DNA of 64,000 nucleotides from Amoebophrya sp. A120 (taxonomy: Eukaryota > Protista > Dinoflagellata): assembly GCA_905178155.1 (NCBI GenBank), contig CAJINV010000002.1, forward strand, positions 1,153,809 to 1,217,808, given 5' to 3'. The stretch's first letter is position 1. Every line of letters begins with the position of its first letter. The position numbers were made by a program, and so were the translations under genes. The notes under the pieces are model-generated. The model did no database searches and was not told where the DNA came from. It saw nothing but the letters and a program-made list of their open reading frames with translations. This document shows, piece by piece, positions 48,780 to 60,700 of this stretch.

Positions 48780-51700
48780 TCACTTCTTCTTCATCTGCTT
48801 CCTCGTAATTCTTTCCTGCGGGCGTTTTTCCGGTAAAGGATTCTCGACACCGGCTTTCTCTTTCATCGAAGCTGTGTCCTCGTGGTCTTTCTCCGGCGGA
48901 AATTTGTGGACCCAAGCCGGAGCCGTGTTGTGGGAAGAAGTTCGCGAGAGGTTGGTGATAACGCCGTTATTTCCGTTACTAACCGAACTCTGATCTACAG
49001 GCGACGCTCTGCTCGACCCCGCGCCACCACCCCCACGGCCTAACGAAACCCGCATGATCCTCCCTGCACCGGGAGTCGTCACTCCTGAAGGGTGGTGTGG
49101 TTGATGGTGATCGCGCCCTGGCAGATGCGAAGTCTCATGCTGTTGCTGATTGTTCTCCCGGTAGTGATTCGACTCCCTCGTTTCCGTGCTGTCCAGCAAG
49201 TTCGACAACTTGCTCTTGCTTACCACCCCCGGCACCGCCCGCGCCTGCAGCGCGTCTAACTGCTCCCGAATCATCTGGTCGGGGATAGAGGTTTGGAAAT
49301 TCTTGTCTACTTGATGATGTTGTTGCCCGGAGTTGTAACGGTAACCACGACGATAGTTGTGATGTAGTTCTGGTGAACTATACCCTGGGGAAGAAGCGGA
49401 AGACGAGGGAGATAGTTTGATGTGCGCTTGATAGTCCTCCAAGTTCCTTCTCTTCTCAACATCGTCAAACGGTGAAGGGGCTACTGACGATGAAGCGACG
49501 GAGGACCCGCCTCGTTTCTCCGGGTAGAACAGCATCGTGTTATCAGAGCCAACGGTTCCACCCAGCGGACCAGCGGCGCCACTGCCACTTTGTCGTTGCT
49601 GTTCTGCCAATCTCCGGTCGATGTTGGCCTGCATGCGGGTTAAGAGGTCCATGTGGCTTGTTCGTGGTTTTGAAGATGCTGTGGACTTCCTCGTGTTACT
49701 AGTACTAGCTCTTGCCGATTTGTTCCTACCCCCAGAAGAGGATCTTCTTGGACTCGGTTTCTTGTTCGCAGTAACACTTTGCCGACTGACACGAGACGGG
49801 GAAGAACTCTTTTTCAGATCCGGACTGCCCGTTGTCTTTTTTTGTTCAAATCTGCTCTTCAAATCGGAAACGCTTGGGGACTTCACCGTTTCTCGTTTTT
49901 GTTCCTGCTGCTGCTGCTGATTCGTCGACGACGCAGAGAGACTTGCCGATCCTGAGGAGCTACTGCTCTTCCGAGCGCTACTCCGTGGCCCCGTTCCCCG
50001 TTTTTTCAGCTGCACCTCCTTCCCGACAAAGTCGAAGACGGTTGAGACGGGTTTGATTTGTTCTCTACTATTTTGATTTCCTTCTTTCATCTCTTTCGAG
50101 CTTGAACTTGATCTTCTATTTTCCTTCACATAAACATCTTCTGGCTTCAAACTTGGCCGGCTCAAACTCTGCCGGTTCTGCACGATCTGTTGCCTCTCGC
50201 TGGCACTGAGACTTTCAAAACTTCCCGTCATCGAACTCGTTGCTCCTGCAGCACTCCCCTCTGGTTGTCCTACTCCTATCCTGTTGATCGTCGTGATTTC
50301 GAACTTGCCCTTCGGCAGTTGCTTGATCGCCGTCCCCCGTGCGAACTGGGAGACTTCTCGCAACAATTGCGACACCGTTCCTAGCCTGTCGATCACTTCC
50401 GATTCCAACCCGGTGATAGGTCGTAGTTCCAGATCCACCGCCTTCCGGAAGTGGAAGGAAATGAAACCGAAGGCGTGGACTAGCACCGCCTCGTGCGTAT
50501 CCTGCACTTGCGGTAAGTGGAGTTTCTTCACTTTCTGACTGGAACCGAATGATCCTTTGGACGAGGACTTCCTTGAGGTTCCGAAGTCATCGTTCGCGCC
50601 ATCACCATTACCCCCGTAGAAACTCGAAGCAGTTTCGATTAAATACCGGATCGCGGTTATGACAGTGCACAACTCCCCCTCCCCCTCATTTGTCTTGCAT
50701 GAGCAGCAATACAAACGCCCGCACGTGTGGAGCTTGTGCATGGCAAGTTCATGCGCGTAATGTAGTACTGTTTGGGCTTCCGGAATTTGTCATGCAAACA
50801 GTGCCACATCAAGGCAGCGACTGGATTTGAGGCTTTGCATGACAAATCAGGGGGAGGGGGAGTTGTGCACTGTCATAGCGGTGTGCTTCACGTGGGCGGC
50901 ACAGGAATTCAAAACCTCGGTGTATTGAAAGGAAAAATCCCCCCTCCCCATATCGAAAAGGTATGATTTCGAAAATTTGTATTGCTGATCTGAGGCCACA
51001 AATCATATGTATCTTGCAAGAAGACGAGGGCAGGAGTTTTCGCCCCATTATGAAGGCGATCTGTCATGCTGTTGGACCTAAAGGGGAGCCGTTTGCCATG
51101 CTGAGCAACTAGACACATACGCCCCTATCTAGCCTCGCGATCTGCCCGCAATGCCTCTCTACAATACAAAGCTGATTTGTGTACGCAAATCCAGCATCAG
51201 AAACTTCCTTTTGATATGGGGAGGTGGGATTTTTCGTCTCAATACGGTGAGTAGAAAAACCTCCGGGAAAACATCGGATGGCGGTTTGATGTTATCCTGG
51301 TTTATCGTTGTGTTTTCGCTGTGCGCATCCTGCAACTTCTGGTAAAGCATGGGATTTTGGATAAACTGCTCCGATTTCCCGACTTCACAGGCGTAGGTTG
51401 CGGCGCGTAAAATGATGATCAGATCCTGCACGTGGTATAGAAATTCCGGGCTGGCCTCCTGCAGGTAGTCGCAATACTCCTTCCGGGTCTCCTTACTGTC
51501 CTGTTTCTGCGTCTCTCCCTCCGCGTAAGCGACAAACAAGTCGGAAACTAGACCGGCGAGATCCTGCGCGTTTTCCAAAATGTTGGATGCTGTGATTTGC
51601 TTGATGGTGCTATTGCTTCTTGTACCGCCACTACTACTAGTAGTCCCGTTGTCATTCGCAACCCTATCCGGTACCGCGTAGGTGAGAACCCGCTGCAATT

Positions 51701-54700
51701 TGCTCCACTCTGTCATCTTCACGGCGTTTGTTTCTTGCTCAAAATCCATCGCCCGGACAAAGTATGCCTCGCGGGAGTAGTCTTGGACCAAATTCTGGAA
51801 ATTCACCAAGTTCTTCTGGATCGTCTGCGGTTGGTTCGCGGTCTGGGGAAAGCTCTGCGCGTAAAACTCGGCCGGGGTTCCGTTTAAGTGGTATCTAATG
51901 TCGAGCAAGGACTCGTGCAGCTCTTCCAAAGACGTCTCTAACCCCTCGTCGAAGTGGTGTGTTGCGGAGTTCACATGGGAGAGGCAGACAATGGTTCTCG
52001 TGACGGGGTTCGTGGTAGAAGTGTAGACTCTCTCGATGTAGACGAATTCGCCACGAGGGATCAATAGTCCTTGGCTGTTGTCGACGGAATGTAAATCTTT
52101 TTCCAAAATCCCGTACACACCTGACATTATCTTCGGCTGCGCGCCCGTCACGAAATTCTTCTCCACTTCCACCTGATTTTTCGCCGACCCGTAGAAAACG
52201 TTGAAAATCTCCCGGTAAAGCTGCAAAGCCCGCCAGAATTTCAGCAGCTCTAACGTTACCCCCGATTGTTTCTGCGCGAGGTTGAGGAGGGAAAGTTGGG
52301 AGGGCTGGTCGTGGCGTGCTTTCATCACTTTCGCTAGAGAAGAAGCTGTTGAGCCGCCGCGTGCGTCGGGCGAGGAAGCTCTATTGTAGTTCCCGTCTTC
52401 TTGACTGGCGCCAATAGCGAATTTGTTGCTGCTTTTAATCGCCTGAGACGGCGAAGCCGGCTCGTTTCTACTTCTTTCTACACTCGTACTACCTCTTCTG
52501 TTCGGCGAAACCGGTGACACACTTCTCGACCCAGCGTTATCTTCTCGCCCGAACTGATCCAGACTATCTTTGCTTCCGTCCAAGACCGACACGTGCGGAT
52601 CTGTAGAGGACAACATTCCTTGCGTAGAAGTTCCGCCCATATCCACCTGCTTCGCGGCGTTCTTTATCGCGAAAATCTGGCTCAATTCCGACGTCGGGGC
52701 GATAAACCCTCTTCCTCTCTTCCCGTGCACCTCCTCGTCGTGCGCGTGGATTTCGTGAATGGCTTGCTTCTTCAGCTTTTTCTGAATCGCGTCTTTTTCA
52801 TGCTTCTCTAACAAAGCGAATTTATCCAGCTGCAAGTCCTCAACATTCCCGCCGGTACTAGTCGACTTGTTCGTGTTTGTCCCGAGCAAGTCCATTTCCG
52901 CAGCTTGCGATAAATCAATGTCGTCGAAACTCTTCGCGTTCACGTTGTGCAGGTCCATGATAGAAGATTTTGCCGTGGATCTTGGGTTGTTGTTCGACGT
53001 TCCAGTTGCAGTCGTTGACACCGTACCAAATGGGTAAGAAGAACTCTTCCCTTCCTCCTGCTCTTTTGTCACGACCTTCTGCATCACTTTCTCTAATAAT
53101 TTCGGCTTCGTTTCGAGAAAATTTTGCAAATTCTTCGGTAGGTTCAACACCTTCCCGTCTCGGATCTGCTTCGCGTATTCGGAAATTAAGGTCTGGTAGG
53201 TTTCCGGATCCGTTTGTTGCTGTTCCTTCATGGTCCCAGCGAGGAAACCCTGCAAGAGAAGTTCCAAATCGTTCTGTAACTGTTCCTCTTCCGATTTTTC
53301 CACCGTTAATCTGATTCCCGTGTTTTCGTGCACAAAGTCGGCGCCGATTTTTGCGCGGGAGTTCGGGGATAAGGGGCTTGATACGCCGTTATCGGGTCCT
53401 CCGACAAGATCTTGCGCCACCTTAGTCGGGCTGAGATTCGTACTCCTGATTCGCTTGTTGGTGATCGTGTTTCGGTCCGTGATGGAAAGACCGCCAGTAC
53501 TTGAAGATGCTCTTGCTCCCCCGCGGCCGGGTCCTGCAGATGAAGAAGATGAAGCAGCCGCATCTCCCTTCCCCACGTGATGCCCCCGCACCAAATTCAA
53601 CAAAGCCATCCCCTCGGCGACGGAGTTGATCTGCGTGACATCGTCGGGTGAGGCGGGTTTGATGTCCACGGTGTTCTCTTGGTTGGAGAGATGTTGCAAG
53701 CTCATGTTGAACATACGGGATTCCTTGTTCGCGTGGAGGTGGTGCAGTTTGTGCTTGTTTTCTACTTCGTCGTCGTGCTTGTCATGCGCAGAATTAACAC
53801 CACCCCCAGGACTCCTACTCGTCGGCGACAACGATCCACCGCCCCGGGAGGCAGACATCATATTACAATGAAAAATGCCCCCAACCCCGAAATTGAAAGC
53901 ATTTGTATTGCAAACCTTTCCAAATGAAACATTCGCCCTCTTGCATTTATCAGCATCACAGATTTCCGATCGCGAATAGCAAAACTTTGTATTGCAAAAG
54001 ATCCCAGCAAGAGCGGTGCTTGTCATGCAAGCGATGCGAAACACGACTAGACTCTACATCAGAAAGATTTATACTCCTTTCATGCATGACAAAAAGTTCT
54101 CATTTGGAAACTTCGCATCACAAATTTTTGCAACTTTGGGGGTGGGTGGCACTTTTCACTGTAATACATCATCAGCTCCCTTCTCACCTGCCCCTCCCGC
54201 TCCCCGGTCGCAGCGGCCGTGGTCGCGGACAAAACATCTTGGAGATAAGCGCACTTCGTTGCGAGCTGATTCCGATCCTCGGAAATCTCCTCGCACAGTT
54301 TTTTCCACGACTCCGACTCCAATTTCTGTGACTGGGTTAAATCGTCAAACTGAATTTCGTACTTCTGCTTCTTCGCGAAACTCGACCACAGCAGAAACAC
54401 GGTGACCATCAAGTAGTGGTTTTTTTGACTCGAAAACCGGTTCGTCGCGTAGTAGTGGAGTAACGCCATAGAACTATTCTGCATCTTACAAACCTGGCGC
54501 CAGTTCGTGAAATAGGTGTCTTTACTGTTCAGCATTCTGCAGTGGTCCAGTTGCATCGCCAGCTGCGACCGCAAATACTTCGCTTCCCGTCGTTTCTGCA
54601 CCCGGACTTGCCAGTTAAAGTACAGCTCCTCTACGTAACCGCACATCCTTTCAATCACGTTTTTCCGGTACAGTTATGAACTGCACAAGTATCGAGTACT

Positions 54701-57700
54701 CGTATTAAATTGCAACACAAAAAATTTTTACCTCAGCACGACAAACGGAATTTGTCATGCTGCTTTAACTTGAAAATGAAATTTGTCTTGCATGACGGCG
54801 ATTAGTACGAGTTGTACGATGCTTTTGCACAGGATAACAATTGCGTCATCGCGATTTCCAACCGTTTGTTGGATTTTTTCAACTCCTGCTTATACGCAGT
54901 GTATATCAACTGCAAATATGTCTGGGTCTGCAAGGCTGCAACTTGTAATGCTGTCTCTGGATTCTGAAAAAAGTTGCATTGCATGACCAGCAAAAGGACT
55001 CCAGTTTGTGCTACGCGGAGAAAACCTCTCTCATGCGGTAGAGGTATCAGTCACAAAGCGCTCCAAAATAAAATCTGTGATGCTACGGCATGCATCACAG
55101 AGATAGATTGGTCATGGAAAATATGCATGACAAACAAGGTCATGGCGCGGGGACAGAGTCCCCGCGCTGCGACCTTGCGGCGAAGAAGGGCCACCCGCGG
55201 TGGCTTTTCTTGCCCATGATGCGGCAGGTTTTTTTTTTGCATGCGACAGAACGGGGTGGCTTGGCGCTCGTGGTGCCGGCGCCCCCCCTGGAAAAATGCG
55301 CCTTTTTCTGCGCCCCTGGGCGGGGCGCCCCCCCCAAAGGACTACCCACGACCAACCGAGGGCGCGGCCGTCCGGGTGGTTGTTCTCCCGAACCAGGGCG
55401 CGCGGGCCTGTTTCTGCGCCCCTGGGCGGGGCGCCCCCCCAAAGGACTACCCAAGACCAACCGGGCGGGGCGCGGCCTTACCAGGGAGCGTGGACCTGTT
55501 TCTGCGCCCCTGGGCGGGGCGCCCCCCCCAAAGGACTACCCACGACCAACCGAGGGCGCGGTCGTCCTGGAGGCTGTTCTCCCGAACCAGGGCGCGCGGG
55601 CCTGTCTCTGCGCCCCTGGCTTGGCGGGGCGCCCCCCCCCCCCAAAGGACTACCCAAGCCCAACCGGGGGCGCGGCCTTACCAGGGCGCGTGGACCTGTT
55701 TCTATCTGCGCCCCTGGGCGCGGCGCCCCCCCCCCCAAAGGACCACCCACGACCAACCGAGGGCGCGGCCTTCCTGGAGCCTGTTCTCCCGAACCAGGGT
55801 GGGCGCGCGGACCTGTTTCTGCGCCCCTGGGCGGGGCGCCCCCCCCAAAGGACTACCCACGACCAACCGAGGGCGCGGCCTTCCTGGAGCCTGTTCTCCC
55901 GAACCAGGGTGGGCGCGCGGACCTGTTTCTGCGCCCCTGGGCGGGGCGCCCCCCCCAAAGGACTACCCACGACCAACCGAGGGCGCGGCCTTCCTGGAGC
56001 CTGTTCTCCCGAACCAGGGGGGGCGCGCGGACCTGCTTCTGCGCCCCTGGGCGGGGCGCCCCCCCCAAAGGACTACCCACGACCATGCGAGGTTGGCGCG
56101 GCCACCTTCCTGGAGCCTGTTCTCCCGAACCAGGGCGCGCAGACCTGTTTCTGCGCCCCTGGGCGGGGCGCCCCCCCAACAGGACTACCCACGACCAAGT
56201 GAGGGGGGGCGCGGCCTTCCTGGGGGCTGTTAGTTCGCTTCGCACTCCCGAATCAGGCCGAGCGGACCTGTTTCTGCGCCCCTGGGCGGGGCGCCCCCCC
56301 CCCCAATGAATAGGCAGCCAACCTTTGGCCCCCGGGGTCGGGCCTGACTCTTGAAAAGCGGCCCCCGGGGTCGGGTATTCCTTTTCCGAAGTCAGGTGGG
56401 GGGCATGTTTTGAGTTGTGCAGGAGGTTTTTGCCGATTCGGGTCGTGTTTGATACCCCGGAACAGGGGTCGGAACATACCCCGGAACATACCCCAGAACA
56501 CACCCCCAAACATACCCCAGACCATACCCCGGAACTCACTTTCCGACAGTCAGGCTCGGGGTCGAAGCTGACTCGCGAAAAGTGATGTCCGGGGTCGGGC
56601 GTCACTTTTCCAGAGTCAGGTGTGGGGTATGTTTTGGGGGGTGCATGAGGAAATGGCCGTGTTAGCTCGTGATTGATACCCCGGAACATGGGTCGGAACA
56701 TACCCCGGAACACCCCCCGAAAACTCATTTTTGGGCAGTTGCTGCAGTTTAAATAGTAATCTGGAAATCTTCCAGACCCAGACAAATTTGCAATGCATAG
56801 TGTACAGCTCGTGGAGGGTGAAATGCGTGTTCGTCGCGTCCTTGTCCAGCTGAAGCCAGGAGTCTTTGAAAAGATTCAGGATTTGCTCCAACTGTTGCAC
56901 CAACAGATTGATTTTCAAGTCGTGCTGCTCGGATGGTGTAGTTGCTGATGTTGGGGATTGTAGCCTGGTTGTGCTTATTGTTCCTGGCGAAGATCCACGA
57001 AGATGCTCCATCCCTGTGGTTGAAATCTGCCTCAGCAAATCCAGTATCTGCATCGACTCGTCTAACTTTGGTAAAACCACATCAATCATCCTCGACGTCT
57101 CCGCTTGCGGCACGGATTGGTCGTCTTGTTCGATCCCGCCAGAAATCGTTCCCTTCTGCAGCATCTGCTGGTGTTTGTTCAGAACGTGGTTTAGGTGGAT
57201 GACGGATTTGCGGGACAGCGCGTTCGGAGGAATTTTCAATGGGTGCTCTACTTCTTGGCCGGGTGGAGGTGCGGCTCGTGGTTGTTGTCCTTGTCCTTGT
57301 CCTGCGGAAGTAGTTGTAGATGGTGCCGCTTTGGTTTTGGACGCCGGCTGCTTCTGCTGAACAAACTTGTTCCCGCCTGGTGCAGCTGGCGAAGGGGTCG
57401 TGATCATCTTGAATTGATACTCCACAGGAGCACTACTAGAACCTCCGGGACTCGAACCTCCGCTGGAAATAAGCCCACTTTTTTTCGACCTCGACGGCGG
57501 CTCCGCAAAAAACGCAAACGGCCTGGTATTCGATGACAAAACTGGACTCACACCCACTCCAGAAAACTGCGCTTCCTTCAAATCCCGGATGAATTTCATG
57601 GTTTCCTCCTCGGAAAACCGGGCGGATCGGTGCATTTCCCCCATCTTCACCAATTCGTGTTGGTGGTCGGGGATGGGGTGGAAGCTGGAAAGATATGCAT

Positions 57701-60700
57701 TGCAAAAGTATGATCGTACTGGTACTAATTGCAGCCCTGCATTACAAATCTCTTTCCTAAGGGAAATCCGCATTACAAAGTCCGTTTGTCATGGTCATGA
57801 AGCAGGTCCGTCAGGAAATTTGTCATGCGATTTGTAGTACTAGTACGCTGCTTTTGCAATGCATAAGAGGGAGTGGTTATCGGAGGAAGAAGACGATCTT
57901 TCGAAATCCTTCGCCAAATCTCGATCCAAAGCCTCCTGCATCTCGCGCTCGCTGCGGAAGAGGAATGCTTGGTTGTTATTCGCGTTGTAAAAATTTGGCG
58001 GCTTCGGTTTATTGTTCTTTGCAGGACCACCTGCTCCTGTGCTGGTTCTACTGATGCGGTGGCCCCGGCCTGCTGCAGCTTTTGCGGTAGACGAAGACGA
58101 TGAAGATCCACCACGACTTGCTTTCCCGTAGTTCACAATCATGTGGTCGTTTACTTCTCCCTGACTCATCCCTTCCCCGAAGGATATGTCGTCAATCATC
58201 TCTGCTTCGGGAATCGGGTTCATCAAGACCGATTTTTTCGCATCGCCATCCCGCAGCTTCACGGCCTGTTTAAACGCAAGAGAACTCGGGTCCGCGTCTA
58301 ACTCATTTGCCAAACAACTATCAAGGTCGTCCCCTTCATCGTCTTCAATGTCGTCAACTAGGAAATCATCTAAGAATTCCGCGTTGTTACCGATGAAGTT
58401 ATCCAAATTCAACATCGTGTTCGCCGGGTCCGCTATCTTCAACTTCTTGTTTAGTCGGAGTTTCTTCTTCCCATCCGCTGTCAACATGCTGTTCGCCACG
58501 TCCAAATCCCAATCGAGCAAATGCCGTGCGTCCTCGTGGTTCCCGAAGCTGGGGAGGTTTTCGATGTCGAGGTCGAGTCTCCTTTGCCGTGTTCTTTCGT
58601 GTTTGTCTAGCAGTTATGCATTGCAAAAGTATCCTACGCTACCGTAACCGTACTAGTAGCGATTGCATTACAGGTTCCTACTTGTACTTGTCGAGCAGGA
58701 GAAATCGAGTTTGTTATGCAGAGTCAGGTCGAGCACAAGATCTGTCATGCATGACTGCAATCAGACAGAAGTACGAGCACGATATTACTTTTGCAGAGCT
58801 TAGGAGTGTGCTCGGGTCCGCGTGTTCTTCCTCCATCAATTTTCTTTCCTCAATTTCCTTCTTCACTTTCCTCACTGCCTGTTTCTGGATAATCTTCATC
58901 TGCACCACGGAGTCCTCCGTATCCGCAACAGAAATTTCGTCATTTGTCTCTCCATCGTCGATAGAATTATTATTCATGGCGTGGTCGCTGCGGATAAACT
59001 TCTGCTTCTTCAGCTCTTTTATCTTCTTCTCAATCTTCTCACTGACGATGAGAATGAAGTTCTCGTGCTTCATCTTCTCTAGTTTTCTCCTCTCCTTGAA
59101 GGACTCTTCTTGCTTTATTTTTTCGCTGGTGGATTTATTTTGCTGGTTTTTCCTCTCCTCCTCTGCTTCTGGGTGATCCATATCAAATGCAAAAATGTCT
59201 GGGAGATTGATTGTGATGCAGTTTTTCCATGGCCCATGATGTTTGGAATGCAGGACCTACCATGACAGATTCTGTGCGATCTCTCTCAACATGCCTATCC
59301 TGCATGAGAAACTCCCTCCCGCCGACTTGGTCAAAACTGGACGACTTTTGGCAATCATGCAGCGCAGATTTTTGCATGCTTCAGATTTAGCATGACAAGC
59401 TGGACTCTTCCAGACCCAGACACTTTTGCATTTGATAATCCAGCGCGGAAAACAAAACTCCGTGGGGATTTTCCGCTGTGGGTTTTGTCAAGTACTCCTC
59501 TCCCGCAACGTGGGTTTTGAACTTGATCTTCTCCAGGATTTTCTCGTCTTCCAACTCGTGGATCCGGTCGATTAGAATCCTCAACAGCTCCTTTTTCTTC
59601 AAATTTCCAACTAATAATTTCTCGCTGTACTCGTTGTCCACAGCCAGTTCCGGAAACCCCTTGTTCACGATAGATTGTAAATGCATCTCCAATATGAACT
59701 GCAAAAGTATCGTAGTCGTATAAATGCATTACAAATTGCCTCAGCATGAGAAATAAAATCGAGTAGGCCAATTTCCCAACGACCCTTCTGTGCTATGATT
59801 GCAATACAAGAAAAAAAAAATGGCTGTCGAATCTGGAGCGAGTGCTGAATTGTCGCCCTGCATCGTGGCACGCCCCCGGGTCATTAGAACTCCCACGGCT
59901 GCAGTGTAGAGCTCCTCGCTGTTCGCTGGATAAGCGGCTGCTCCAGTTGGGCCCCCTGGCACCCTAGTCCTACTGCGGCCGCGCCCCCGCCTGCTGCGCG
60001 CAGTCAGGGTCGCAGAGAATCGGCCTAATGCCCACTCGTTGCTATGCGTACTATGCGTGCTATGCTTGCTATGTTTGCTGTGTCGGGGGTGCCACAGCAC
60101 ACATAGCACACAATTTTGGCCCGCGCACGGTGCTGTGCGTGCTATGCGTGCTGTGCGTGCTATGCGTGCTATCGTTGCTGTGGGCCGCTCGCTAATGCGA
60201 CCACAGCAACGAGTGGCTCGGCCCTGCACCCCCCAGCAACGGCTCCAGGGAATGCCGCCGGAGCGCTGGGCCAAGTGCGAATGGTGTGGCGCGGGCCGCC
60301 GCAACGCGGCCGCCAACGGAAATTCCTAGCGCGCCTGCCTCTGGTGGTGGGCGGCTTTGCTTCTGCTTACCATCCGAATCGCCCGGCACAATCTGCGCCG
60401 GCTCTTTTTTCTTTTTGTGAATGCGATCATAGTGATTTAGGGTCGTTGGGAATTGACCTACATAAATAAAATTTGTAATGCGGATTTACCTTAAAAAAAA
60501 GACTTCTAATGCATGATCGCAATACGAGTACGATACTTTTGCACGGGATATCCAACTCCGTCACCCGCGCCATGAGCGCCAAATACGTATGGCGTTCTCA
60601 GACGTTACATTCTCAACTGTTACATGATTTGTCATGCCAAATTACAAGCAGAGTCGACGCGATCAAGCTGCTTCGCATGACAAATTCTAGGAAAGCCAAA

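Noticed and set aside
55090-56309. Three overlapping 330-370-aa ORFs
   Set aside because: Artefacts of a stop-poor GC-rich minisatellite inside an intron.
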